Positions 51,197 through 64,000 of a DNA stretch of 64,000 bases are shown here, one piece after another. The stretch spans positions 186,001 to 250,000 of the forward strand of contig JAUGWO010000013.1 of the NCBI GenBank assembly GCA_049724395.1. The letters are read 5' to 3'. Under the pieces are notes generated by a model. It was not told where the DNA came from. It made no database searches and saw only the letters and a list, made by a program, of their open reading frames with translations. Made by a program: the position numbers and the translations under genes. Each line of letters starts with the position of its first letter. Within the stretch, counting starts at the first letter, position 1. Origin of the DNA: Spongospora subterranea f. sp. subterranea. Taxonomy: Eukaryota.

Positions 51197-54117
51197 TTAT
51201 ACAATAACTTGGCAATCAACAAAATTATTGGCAGCACAAGCTTCCAACGCGGCGGCATCGACCGCAAACTGATGATCCGATGTCGCCTTCAGAAATGCTA
51301 GTACAACCCCGTTTGTCCAGCCGAAACCGATCTGCTCAATGTACTCTCCGCCTTCTCCGGCTGACAATATTTACTCATCGTTTGTCTTATTCGGGAAGTT
51401 TATCGCTTGCCGTACCTGTTCCAATTTTTGTTGCATCATATTTTTCGTACATAAATCCAGTTCGCTTTTCAGCCAAAAAAGTGGTTTGTATCCATCTTCT
51501 AGCAATCTGAGTAGCGACATAAGCAGAAACTATATAAAAAAGCAAGATTATACTTCGCGTGCCAATTTCTGGGCTTCCGGTTTAGTTTTTTGCTGTGAGA
51601 GACCTTCAAACAGAATATGTTGTACTGGAGCCCAGGAATTGGGCCAATTCCATTGATAAAGATTCGACATCACCGGCAGAGCGCTGCTAGAAATACCACC
51701 AGGCTGTAATGTTCCATGAGAGGCAAATGAGGTAATCAGCTTCGATTCTAAGTTATTTTCAAATAAATACTGTCAGCCAAGTTTCGCTGTTTCGAGAAAC
51801 GGTACCTATCTCATCTGTCCTAGAATGTCCTTGCAGACATCCTCCCCATAACGGAAAATAATTGGACGACATACCGACTTGGCCATGTGTTTGAGCAACG
51901 AAATTGTAATCAAGCTAAACATTATAGGTCATGGACGATGACGAAACACAGTGCCAATATTACAAATTCTGCGTCGTCGTCTTTCCAGAAAACCTCTATC
52001 ATGGCTTCGACTCGCTTCGCATGAGCGTCTGGCTCACACAGTTCATTTCAGATGGATGAATGGCGCGACACAAAATAGACCTGTTTTAATATAGCAAGGA
52101 CAAACAAAAAGGTACCTTTGTAAAAATCAGAATCTCGATGACGCCCAGCTATTGAGTGGAGACTGGCTAGAGTCTTCTCAGCTTGGCAAAGCAAAACGTT
52201 CAAATCTACCGGGAGTATATTCATGGTTACGGTTTTATCCTCAGAAGTTACCCAACGATTCGAGAAATCCCATCCGCTCTGAACACACAAGCTTGGTCTG
52301 GGCTATAAAAACGAGCTATGATGACATACCTCAGCAGTAGCGGCAACATTACTGAAATACTGCTCCGTCCCGTTGTTTGGCAATGTTCTAGCCACGAGAA
52401 AATCGTGATCAAACATTTCAGGTCTCGGAACAGTAGATTCGCTATAATAACTGCAACGAATAAGCGCAGATAGAACTGATGAATGAAACAATGTTATACC
52501 GGTTCAATACATGAGACCGTTTGTCCGGTAAAGTGACAAGTATTGCATGTGCCCCTACTTTCATCCACCAAGAATATTCGCTGTCCAAAATGCCGAGAGC
52601 ATTAGTGAAGAAAACTGCACTCAATTTCAATTGTATTTGCTCAAATGAAACAACATAAAAAAAAATTGGGGTTGAACGCGAATTCATCGTAGCGACTTTT
52701 CAAAGTAAGAAACTTACTTCATAGCTTTCTGGTGATCGGAACGTTCAATGAGTGACTCAAAAACATCTTTGACCATGAGGGTTAGCATCGGCGGCTGAGA
52801 ACGCGTCAAGTAGTATCGGCGGGAACCATTTGGAACAACGCCTTGGTTGTCTTCGGCGTGATCGAGAAGATTTTCGACCAGACGTTGGGCGGTGTCGTGC
52901 ATGTCGACGGAGATCAAACCACGTACGATGAAAAACGTATCCCTACATCGCGTTGAACGATAAGAAAACGACGTAATGAGAAATATTCAGTCGATCTCAC
53001 CAATAATATGTCTCACGAAACCTATGAGACAATCAGAATCCTAATGGGTTAATTATCCATATTTGGAAAGGCGGTCATATAATGATTCAGCAAATTAAAC
53101 AGTTAAATCAGTGACTGTTACTGCTGGCGATATCCACTGAGAGTCTGCAGTCGGAAATCACTCAAAAACGTGAGGGAAAAGCGAAATCTAGTCATTTTAT
53201 AACGCAGCTGTAAATGACGATAAAACAAAAATACTAACCTGCCCCCTGGTATGATGAATATTGGGTGACGTGTCCGAAGAAGAGTATGCCTCATTGGGTT
53301 AACATTCACGTCGTCCGAAGGTCTGTACGACAGTTTTTTCCAAAATGAATTCACCCGTGTTGCATATGATCTTTAGGGACAATATCAGAGTACACTAATG
53401 ATAGAGAACATTACACACCTTAACAAATCGTCTTTGATTGAACCAATCATTGGCGGTTCTGTCATAAAATCGGCAGGAATTACTGGAATAAGATCGTCTC
53501 CGGCTGGGACGAAATATTTGCGGAGAAACGCAGCCAGATTCGCTTGAGAAACATCGGGAAGGGCTCGGAATGCGGCAAGAACAACATCAGGCTCAGCCAG
53601 TAGCGACATGTCCACGAAGTCTTTACTAGCATTGAACAAACCTGAAAGCCCCATGGTCTGCAATAACTCTCCCTAACAGTTACATATCAGGAAATCGGCA
53701 GATTTAAACAATGCGACCGTACATGGCAGAATACATCACATGCATCTCCCCGGAGATCGCTTAAATCCACTTGGTTAGGACCTTTTGATTTCGATAAATT
53801 GTACACAATGCCCAGCAAAACCAAACCTGCCAATCATGAAAACTAGATCAGTTTTCAATGATTTATGAAAGGAAGGGAGAATCTACCAATCAAAAATGAT
53901 CCAAAACAGCTAATAACAACAGACCGTCGGGGAGGTGAGATATCTGGCGTTTTGGATGACCCATTAGTCAAGAATTCATCGTCATCGCCAAGGGATTCAT
54001 CGTCACGCTGCTCATCTGCGTATGATATCGGCAAAAATCGAATCAATCCAAGTACCGCCGACCTATAAGTAGGACCCGTTCTTCTCTGATAACAACCTGC
54101 GCGTTGGCGTTGTCCAT
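51197..54117 (-). CDS. Alpha,alpha-trehalase (GH37), type II membrane-anchored
   Basis: SKDFVDM, IIPGGRFRE.YYWD, VPNGSRRYYLTRSQPPML, SGWDFSNRW, PVDLN, WPNSWAPVQ, MYEKYD, GGEYIEQIGFGWTNGV. N-terminal TM VVISCFGSFLIGLVLLGIVY. Confidence 0.95.
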
Positions 54118-54571
54118 CAGGGATATTCCCGCACAGGCACGAATTGTCACGTTGGGAGATTGTAATGGGCAGATCTCCACATGTAGCCAACCCAGCAGGG
54201 GTGCTGGACGTTACACGTTATCGCCTATCTGTTGGCCAAACTAACTGTTGACTAAACCCCCCACCCAGTGTCAGGATCCTCTTGGCTCAAAGCGGCCTCG
54301 CTTTGAGGAATTCCTGTCAAGCATCAAACACTGGTTAAAGCAATTTTCGTCAGTGTTGTGAGGCAACCAAATTTGAGTCTCCTGAGTGGGGAGTAATTGT
54401 TGTTTTCTCAAACCACTTTCGAATCCTAGATGGTTTCTTGAGCATGCCTAATCGACTTGCAACATAACTCATTGCACAACACTAATCGTTATCTATTACG
54501 GGCACCTCTCACGCCGGATTCCAAACGAAGCCGAAACTTCACAGATAAAATAAAGTTTAATAACTGGCAGC

Positions 54572-57242
54572 TTAGTGATGTTCGGCCAACGATGCCGCAA
54601 TGGCCCTTTCAATGTCGCGCTGAGTTTCATCATCCACATCCATTGAGGCAGCAATGGCTCGTTGCAACTCGTGGTCGACATTGCCATTCATTGATTCGGC
54701 GATTGCCATCTCGAGATCGCTGTCGTGATTCGCAACCGTCGGGCGCAATGGTGCTTGCGGTGCCTCTTCTCCGATGGCTCTGAGAAACACATCTTCATTG
54801 TCATTCGCCGTTGAAGGAAGCCGTTCTTCAAGCGAGGCCGCAATAGCTCTGGCCAGCATTGAATCGTCGTTGCTATCAACGCCATAGGAATGCACCAGCT
54901 GCTGGGCGCGTAAATTTCGTTCTTGCTGGGCGACCGATTCGGCCGTGTTTCTATTACCAGTGGCATCGATACATGGGTTGATCCCGTGCTCGGTGGCTTT
55001 ATGCACATCCATCATGCGACGAGAAATATTCCGGGAGCAAAGTAAACATGGCACAGTTTTCGAACCGCACATCTGCTCATGATCCCATACTTGATTAAAA
55101 GGGAAACTGTCACAGCACCTGACCAAAAATCAGCAACGACAAAATCTAAAAAATCTAGGGAAAACGTGCCATTTACAAGGTTTCAGCCTGAACTGACAAT
55201 TATTGGCTTGATGGTCAGGTAATGTGGCGGAGTCGAATTTCTGTCCGCATTTACAGACCACTTCGACATGGAACAACGCGTTATGTTTCTCACGTTCACC
55301 GTTGGCAAAGATTCTGTCGCATTGATCGCAATGGTTATGGTTCGCTTTGTCTCTGACGACAAGGTCAGAGACCGAAAGTCAACTTTTTTAGAACTTCATT
55401 TGAGGAAAAATGTGCCATACTCACTGAAATATTCGTAAAAAGCGACAAAATATAAGAGATACGACAGTAACGCCGAATATTGATAACGTATTTGAGGTGA
55501 TGTTTAGAAATGAAATCACACACTCGCTGAAAAGAAAATTGATATCCATGTCGTTTCGTTACCTAACACTCATGACTTTGTGGCAGATCGGGCACGCCCA
55601 GTTATTGCGGGCGCACACAATAGAATGGCGGTCAAAAGCAGCTTTCGGAATTGGCCGCATACAGTTGTCACAGCGAATGGAGTTCGGATCTTGAATTTCT
55701 GATACGACAGAAGATGAACCAAGCTGTTTACCCACTGAAACAGAGTCGGCAGGAGGTTCCACCTAGCGAAGTGTAAGAAAGTGAACACCACTGGCAAACA
55801 CCAAGAAGAACACAAAAGAAGAAAGCGGAGCGATTCCGACGAGCAGTGCTTTGAAAATCGAAGCAAAATGGAGGCAAAACTCATCATCAAAATTAGTGGA
55901 AACAGTTAAAATAGAAGGGAAAACGGCAGAAAGAGTGAAGAGATGCTGGGAAACAGCAATTCGAATACCTGAGAAGTCGTTAAAGAAAAAGCGGCGGCAA
56001 CGCCATATGAGTGGACCGCAATATAATACCAAGAAGAACTAAATCCTGGCGTATCCGGATATACCACAACAGGATTATCGATATTTCCAGAAAATGTTCC
56101 AGAAATGGCTGACGGTCGATCTACCTTAGTTGACACGTATATGTCAGGGCGAGCATCAGGAGTCCGTGTCTCAATGACAATTTTGAAACCAAGTGTTGGA
56201 TCCCGTATTTTAACGCGAAAAAACTCTAGAAAAACATCAATCGCAACAATAGCGCAACATCCTGTTGAGCCTACTATACTGATCAGCCATAACATGACCT
56301 TGCTCGGAGTGATCCACTTCGATAACTGCAATTGGTTCCTCTTTTGGCGCTTCTTCTAAAGGCGAATCGAAGTCGACCTGTGACCAAAAATGAACCCAAC
56401 AGAACCATAACAATGATCTAAAAAACTACTTCGAGCGTCGTGTCGATAACGCAGCCGGCGGGAGGCTCCAAAGATGCGTTGTCCGGTTGGACAGCGGTGA
56501 CATGCAGAAGATAATCATCATGATGATATTTTACCATGATCGTATCACCACGAGTTAAAGCCGTGAACTTATGAAGAGCTTCCTCCAATCTAAAAACAAC
56601 CATGTCAGCTTGCGAACATTAACAAAAACGAAAAAAGAATTACGCAGCTTTGGGGTTCGGGATTTTCGTAAACGCAAATTGAGTTGGTTGAAGACGAACA
56701 AACGTAAGTTTGGGTAACCCGATGAGGGACAATTTAACTTCAGCGCCGTCCGACAAGAGGAGGTTTTCCATCATCCAGTTGGGCAAGAATGCAGCGTCAT
56801 CTTGGGCAGTGAATTCCAGGACACCGCAATGCGAAACGCGTCCGAACACAACATTGCTGATCTTGAATATGACCGGACTCGGCATGGGATTATTCCCAAA
56901 ACGCAGGAGCAGCGAACGCAACACCGTGTCTGGAAGAACAACTGAAATCAAGTCTTAAAACACCATTACAAACATAGAGTATCCAATAAATGTAAAACGA
57001 CAGCCCGAAGTGAAATCTGTGCAAAATATTAGAGCAGATCTTACCAACTGAATTTGATAAACAACCTGATTTATAAAATAACGGAGGAATTGAACAAACA
57101 CAATCAAGTTAAACGTCATAACTGAAACGCCGAATGACGAAGCTGCACAAAATCACTAACTCTTATCCCCCTCCTCGACATCCTTCCCGGAGGCAAGAAA
57201 GAGTGCAGAATATGCAGGCATTGTCACCTCAAATCCCGCCAT
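54572..57242 (-). CDS. UFD1-like protein with TRAF-type zinc fingers and C-terminal UIM repeats
   Basis: DVEEGDK-VLP, SHCGVLEFTA, LPNWMMENL, FVRLQP, LTRGDTI (UFD1 domain). CDNC..H...C zinc fingers. LARAIAASL, LEMAIAESM, LQRAIAASM, IERAIAASL (UIMs). Confidence 0.88.
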
Positions 57243-58066
57243 GGCTTAATGACCGAATACTTGGGCCCTAATGACAAATTCATCCGCAATAGAGCGTGGC
57301 GATATGGCGTCAAGAAATTCGACGCGTACGCTTGTGGCTGATAGACCGGTGTGCACCAGCCATCAAAGTGCATGTGCCACTTAGATTGCCACTGCCAACA
57401 AGTTCGCCCAGTGCCACCGTCGACCATTTCGATCTAGGATAAACTCTTGATATTGTTCTGACCAGTTTGTTTGAATATTTATAGCCGTCTCATGCAACCA
57501 AAATGGTGAAAAGTTGAATGTCTGTGTTGTAGTTTCGTATTAGTGTCTGGATGTCCAGTCTTAAGGTTTGAACAGTCGACTGATTTCACTCTGAGTTCTC
57601 ACTACCTTTCTATGTCAGTGTGATCTTATCGATGTTTGACCAATTGCGCGTACCAATATCTACCCACATTAAGCACATGAACTCAAAGCGGAAACTCAAC
57701 CGGCAACCTTACAAACAACACGCGGTAAATACCCAATGGAAAACAGTATCTTTGGGTATTCTTCCGCCTTTGGACCGTGAGTCCGAGTTCTAAACTGTCA
57801 CATCTACATTCAGGACAACAGTAGTTCTTCCAGTATTCCATTATCAATCAGAGAGTGTTAACTCAAAAACTGTAATGATGACTGGTAAACAAGAACTGTT
57901 GCGACAGTGGTTGTCCTGGGGGAGAGTTCCAAATGAACGTTAAAACCGAAAAGATCTGACCAATTATGGGTTGACTACTTCAACTACCTTGTGAATTTAT
58001 CACAGAAATAAATTGCATTTGGAGAATTTTATTTTTTTGTACGTGAACTTCCCCTTTTTGATAAAT

Positions 58067-59159
58067 TTAGCTCCACCCAGCCGACGCAGCGGGAGGTTCA
58101 GCAGCCCAATCTTGTGTATCGGGAACGTTAGCGCCCCACGAGGTTGGCATTTCCATATTTGCAACCAACTCAGGAGCACCCCATTCCCCACTTGGTGCCG
58201 GTACAGGCATGGGCTCAGTGCCGTAATCAGCTTCGGTGATCATGCCCTGTTTCTCAGCTTCGGCCTTCTCGGATTCTTCAGGCTCGCGGTAGATGAAAAG
58301 ATCAACCATCACGTCCCATTCCTGGGCTCGGGATAGGGCACCACGAAGACGCAACACCTCCCGTGACAATAACCAATACAAGGTGGCAATCGCGTGCTTG
58401 CTCTTGTTGTTGGCGGGGATGCAAACATCGACGTTGTCTAGAGGTGAGTCGGTGTCACAGAAGGCGATGACGGGGATATTCACATATGTGGACTCGGTGA
58501 TGGGCTGGTGATCAGCGCGAGGGTCAGTCACGACTAACAATCGCGGCTCCATAAACTTCTTCTGGATCTGGTTGGTAAACGTGCCCGGGTTCCAGCGGCT
58601 GGCGACATAACGTGTGCCAGTGTACTGAGAGAACTTGTAGACAGCGCGTTGCCCCCATATGCACCTGATAAAAAGCCAATAAACACTAAAAATGGGCGCA
58701 GTAAAGAGTGATAACACAGCAAATTTGAAATGTGGTTGACGAAATGACAACGAAAGAAAACACTAGAAGTTGCATGTTTAAACCTCATGAAAGAACACAA
58801 AAGAAACCAACTTTATCAACAATGGTGAGGGCGCTAACAGGTCAAATATGGCACTCACGGTTGGAGATGACACAGATATCATCCGGGTTCTCGATAGCGA
58901 CGATGACACGGGCGGCCAACATCAACTTTTCCCAGGTCTTCTCAAGGTTGATGATGTGAACGCCAGTTGAGGCAGAGCGTTTGAACACATATTCTTAAAT
59001 GAGAGATCAGTATTGGCAAATTGAAATGACGCTCGCCATCTAGCGATAGTGATTACCTGCCATACTGGCATCAACATTACGAGCGCCTAGATGCACTTCA
59101 GCTGCGAGCATGAGCTGCAGGTCCTCAGGGGACATGGCCAACGGAGTCTTCTTCACCAT
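58067..59159 (-). CDS. RPSA: 40S ribosomal protein SA (uS2)
   Basis: [75 protein letters not shown]. Two introns. Frame error in the C5 run at 58652-58656. Confidence 0.97.
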
Positions 59160-60171
59160 TGTCGGAGGACGATCACAACGACACGATACAGACAGGTAGA
59201 TGAGGGTTGTATAGAACGCGCGGACATGAATCCGGACTCCGTGACGGGCTTTTTCGTATATGAATGAGCGCTATTATGTGAAAATTGAAATCAGCAGATT
59301 ACAGTTTGATCCAAGAAAACCTGAACTCCATTGGAGTCTAGAACCTAGCAACGATTTCATAAGCAGGGCCATTCCTGGTGGGAGTGATGTCTGAAGCATG
59401 TGAAATTTAACGCCTTCCGTGACTGATTGTAGTGACTACGATCGTGAACACCTCGTTAGCACACCATAGAATGTGTCCTTAAACATATTACGTGCTCCAA
59501 AGATCATTTCAAAAAAGGTATCATTTCTTTTCGCTTCAACGAATCCATTGCTGCAGTGTCATAATTCCACAGGCCACCGCAAAGGTTTACATCTGTTTTG
59601 CTAATGAGGCAGATCTTACACGAATAGTGCACACTTCCGATTTTCATCGCTAATGCTTTGATCGAACAAACTTCATCAGATATATCAAACTCATTGGATA
59701 AATCGATAATTTATTTAAAAATCCAGTTTGTTGATTTACGGGTGTTAATGGGAGTATTTTTTGTGCAATCAAGGGTGTTAGTATGTATGTAATAATTCTG
59801 AATATGACACTTTTTCATGGCGGACAATAATCTTAGAACACGTGCCGTTCCATCGTGTGTCCTTGTGATGTCTTCTCTAAGTGTTATAGCGGCAGATATT
59901 TATCTTGAACCTTGCTTCCCTGACGATCTAAAGTTCCTCAAATATATTTATCAACGACCAAAGGGACGATATATCTTGGATAAATTCAGCGATCAAGAAT
60001 AAGGAATTACAACGTTCATGATCGGTGACGGCTTGCTAGATGACCAGATCGCCGTCCTGATTCCTGGTCTTCTGTGTTTCCGCAGTCACTCTCATTAAAA
60101 AAAATGCGACACTGTGGCTCAGTTGCGCAACATTATTCGCAGCGAACGCTTGAGTTGCTTTTCCCCAGACG

Positions 60172-60666
60172 ATGTCTGATGCCGTTGATACCAGCGCCCA
60201 TGAGCTACATGCTCGATTACTGGCAGATTCTATAGCTCGTGATCGAGTTATTGAAGACCTGGAATCGAAGCCCATTCGAATGACTCAGGTCAGCGGGTCT
60301 TCTGCTGGTGCTGGATCCGGAGATTTCCATCATTATCGGCAACATAGAAGAATCGAGTTTGCACGTTTGAACGCGATTAATAGGCAGCATCGCGCTGAAA
60401 AAGAAGCTGAAGAGTTTGCCAAAAAAAGAAAAATCAATGAAGAGGTTTGTGCTCAGTTGACGTCAAAGAAGAGCTCAAAAAGACAGAAGAAAAAAGCGTC
60501 CGCCAGAATGAAGAAAGATAATATGAGGGCAGCACAATTATCTGAAAAAGCTGCAGCAAATGGGGCAGACGTTGAAGATGAGTGTGAAACCGGTCCATCT
60601 TTGCCACCATGCCTGCGTACCGAAGATGTTGCCATAATCCGGAATCTTTCTAATACATCGCCGTGA
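60172..60666 (+). CDS. PRKRIP1: PRKR-interacting protein 1 (DUF1168)
   Basis: VSGSSAGAGSGDFHHYRQHRRIEFARL followed by a coiled-coil and TSKKSSKRQKKK. Confidence 0.9.
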   Translation: MSDAVDTSAHELHARLLADSIARDRVIEDLESKPIRMTQVSGSSAGAGSGDFHHYRQHRRIEFARLNAINRQHRAEKEAEEFAKKRKINEEVCAQLTSKKSSKRQKKKASARMKKDNMRAAQLSEKAAANGADVEDECETGPSLPPCLRTEDVAIIRNLSNTSP

Positions 60667-60779
60667 CATTTCATTATCCTGTTGCACCAAACATTTGAAA
60701 ATACCTATTCTATAAATTCACATCGCTGGACTGAGTAAGTTTGGTTGCCATCATCGATCCTTAACGATTGGAAACAAGG

Positions 60780-62060
60780 ATTGATATAACAGGTACAATG
60801 AGGAGGTCACTGTGCTTTGAAATTACAGGCGATAAAAGAAAATGACATGATCTATCGTAGCACCAGATGAGCAACGTGTTTTGAAATTGGAACGAAAAAT
60901 TCGAGGTAATTCAGAAGCACGGAAAGTCGAAATATGCGGATGCATGAACAGGTCCAGTTTGATTCACGATTGACCCAGTGTGAAGCCCGAAAATCCAATG
61001 GCCCAGCGTCATCAAAAACATGACCAAGAATGTCTACCTGAGGCCAGCTTTCGTATCCAATCGTTAGATCCATCAGGCCATCCCGATCCAGAAGCGCTAT
61101 CTCCGTACATGAAAATGTGCTGTTCAATGAGCAATATTTCGGATCAAGAACGGTTGAAACGGCCCTCGCCGACCCTACTGAACCAGAAACTGGTAGTGAT
61201 GATGACTATGATGCTGATTATCGTGAGTCTGTTGATACTCATGACGATAATGTGCCCGATAATCGTGCCCAAGATGAGTCTACCACTATTGACGATGAAC
61301 GATGTAGAAAAGATTCTTCGAAAGCGCGCTCGACGTTTCGTTGGGGATGCATTTGAATTTCGATGGAAGGGGTATCAGATGGATATTCAAGGTGAAAATT
61401 GTGGATATAAAGGACATTCCAGATGACTCTACATTGATAATCCAACCCAATCCAGAGGGTACGTCCTGTAGCCTGTTCGAGGCGCGCCTGGTTGTACTAG
61501 GATACAAGCAGGAGCTTGGCTGAAATTACAATGAGTCTTACTTCTGCCCCAGTTACGAGATTGGCTCTGTCTTAACGCAATATCCAAATATATATCTCTC
61601 AAAGCGCCTCAAGGATATCAATCTCCAACAAAATTTGTCAAATTACTCCAGCCTTTGTATGGTCTTAAACAAGCACCGTATGAGTGGCATAAGTTGATGG
61701 ATTCCTTCTTAACTAAAGATCAAGGCTTTACCCGTGTCAAGTCCACTACATGTTTGTATATCTGAGAGGAAGGATAATCAGTTTGTTGTTCTTGGTTTAT
61801 AAGGTTTATGATTTGCCTATTGTGGGGCATCCTACCGTGGTTAATAACACTCAAAATGCGTTGAAACTTCGCTTCGAAATGTCTGATCTCGGAGATTGGC
61901 CAGAATGTATTGAGATTCAATTGCTCGACCAAACTATGGTGTATTCATTAATCAAGCAGGGTATATAGATCATGTTCTGGAATGTATGGAATGAACAACT
62001 CTACTCGGCAGCAAACGAAGCTACTGTGTCCACAGACTGATCATGATTGTGAGTTGTTCG
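60780..62060 (+). mobile_element. Decayed Ty1/copia pol remnant (RVT_2)
   Basis: RWIFKVK...FEARLVVLGYKQELG, KLLQPLYGLKQAPYEWH and LKLRFEMSDLG. Stops and frameshifts. Best supported at 61370-61920. Confidence 0.85.
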
Positions 62061-62174
62061 ACATGAACAGCAATGCATTGACCCTGGACCAATTCATTCT
62101 GCATTGGGTCTTGGTGGGACTGGAATCCATTCAAGCGGCAAAAAGCCGTGGTGGACATAAGGATTATAGTATGA

Positions 62175-62262
62175 ATGAGCCCCTATGAGCCCCTATGAGC
62201 CCCTATGAGCCCCTATGAGCCCCTAGGAGCCCCTATGAGCCCCCCCCCCCCAATGAGTCCCT
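62175..62262. repeat. 10-bp tandem repeat ATGAGCCCCT (~7 copies, degenerate end)
   Basis: Directly visible in the sequence. Confidence 0.93.
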
Positions 62263-62378
62263 TTATCCCAAGCGGATGTCGAACCTATTTGAACTTGCTG
62301 ATATTCGTCGGTTTCGTTAAGAAGTTTGTAGCTATCTTCGCGGTCTCACCGAACTTCTACTTGCTTATCCTTGACCTG

Positions 62379-63632
62379 CTCATCTCTGAGTAAGGAAGAA
62401 CTCGTGGCCTATTCATCCATTTCGTAATTATATCAGGACTTTGGACATCGGTATCGTCGTCGTCATGATTATTTAGATTTTTTATACCAGCGTGTCTTTG
62501 ATCTGGGTGAACTCAGTTTCCAAACTTAAGTTGCTGAGGATTGTGGAGTCATAAAATCGACCGATGGGAACTATTCTAGTTGTGATAGCTTCATAGCGAA
62601 TCATGGCCCAACCCATTGCAACAGCATGTATTTACTAGAGGTAAGTCTAATTTACGGCTCCTTTAAATAATAAACCGTCTGATGTTCTTGTTGGTGTAGG
62701 ATATGACTTCCGTTGCGTTAGTGGAATACGATGCCATTGAGCACCGTTTCTTTTGCCAACCAATGTCGCGTTATGAAGTACAATTTATCGGAATTTTCAT
62801 TCGTTAATCGTCCCTTTTAAATGCACATTGGTCCTGTTGTCTCGAAACATTCGATCGGTCGATCACATGAATAAACATAGATTGGTTTCCCTCTTTGTCG
62901 TGCTTGCCTCCTATATGATAGGGATTCAAAACAATGAAGTTATTGTAATACGTAGATGATATACCTGATCTAGGGATCCAGCGATGAACATGGAGGGGAT
63001 CAACTACTACAACATGCCCATCGTATATAAGATTTGGCCAAAGGCGACTTACTTGTCGAAGCATTGCACATAGTAAATATATAAACAATGTGATCAAGTC
63101 AAAGATATGTCGTTATTGAATCTTCTCGAATAAACTTCCAGAATTGATTTTCTCTGAGTTGATTATCGGTCAGTTGGCAAAAATCTAAGTAGCTCATCTC
63201 TGAGTAAGAAAAAACTCGTGGCCTATTCCTCCATTTTGTAATCATTAATTTTTTATGCCAGCATGGAATTGATCTGGGTGACCTAAACTTCCAAACTTAG
63301 ATGGCTGAGGATTGTGGAGTCATCAATATTACCGATAGGAACTATTCTACTAGTGATTCCTTCGTAACGAATCATGGCCCAGCCCATGGCGATAGCATCT
63401 ACGAGCGGTAAGTCTAATTTTCGGCTTCTTAAATAATGAACCGTCTGATTCTCTTGTTGTCATAGTCTGTAGCTTTTGTCGAATACGATGCCATATAGCC
63501 TCGTTTGAATTTTTTCCTACTAATGTTGCATTGTGATGACAGTTCAAACAAGGTAGTTCGATAGGCCGATAGCTAACAATGTTTCCATCGCATTCACTTT
63601 GAGAGAAATACCATTTATCCGAATTTTCGTCA
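62379..63632 (-). pseudogene. Two diverged tandem copies of an unidentified decayed coding sequence
   Basis: About 62379-62800 vs 63193-63632 share long similar blocks. Both translate on the minus strand to GWAMIRYE.IT.RIVPIG..DSTILS.LSLE with stops. Confidence 0.55.
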
Positions 63633-64000
63633 TAAATTGATTTTAAATTGGGGGGATATGGAGAGCCTTTTTACGACACGGTAATCCGACTTTGTCCACA
63701 CCTTTCTATATCATTAATGTTACTCCCTCTTCCGGAGATGATTGATAGATTTGCGACATTTGAAAAGATTAAGCCAAAACGAAAACCATGACTAAGCAAA
63801 TGTGAAATGTGTTTATTAACATGTAGAACTATTCACTGTGATAATTTTGGACATTCATCTTCAATGACGAAGGTGTATCACACGATCAAAAAGAAGGATT
63901 TTGAAAATGATCTCGAAATCACCCGCCAGAAGGTCATTTTTAAAGATTTCAATAGGCCAGTTGCGCCTTCGGATGCCTGGTGGTAAATTATTTCTAACGC

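Noticed and set aside
58667..58856. Intronic snoRNA in the long RPSA intron
   Set aside because: No convincing C/D or H/ACA boxes; resembles the other T-rich long introns.

Overview
This is a gene-dense, intron-rich eukaryotic nuclear region with many ~45-70 nt GT-AG introns and roughly mid-40s % GC by eye. The style is consistent with a protist such as a plasmodiophorid (Rhizaria), but that is an unverified inference. Recognisable genes are CNOT9/RCD1, a P-loop NTPase with TPRs, EMC8/9, an SLC35A nucleotide-sugar transporter, a Dispatched-3-like RND protein with FN3 and EGF inserts, NDUFS7, a PA-domain/7TM receptor-like protein, COQ5, PRMT5, pyruvate carboxylase (~36 introns), PPP1R36-like, SCCPDH, ATG14/UVRAG-like, DNAJC16-like, SEN1/senataxin-like, GH37 trehalase, a UFD1-zinc finger-UIM protein, RPSA and PRKRIP1. 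Intergenic DNA holds decayed mobile elements (Harbinger Myb/NAM ORF, DIRS gag, copia RT, a DDE fragment, MITEs), a perfect 17x29-bp minisatellite and three fold-back inverted duplications. The most notable candidates are a 65-aa microprotein with KEN box, D-box and C-terminal IR tail (putative APC/C inhibitor), the PA-7TM and DISP3-FN3-EGF architectures, the hairpin-forming duplications, and a recurrent TACAGTA/TACTGTA upstream motif. Six conserved genes carry small frame disruptions, best explained as assembly indel errors. Exon boundaries were read by eye and some are approximate. No CRISPR array, rRNA or tRNA was recognised.
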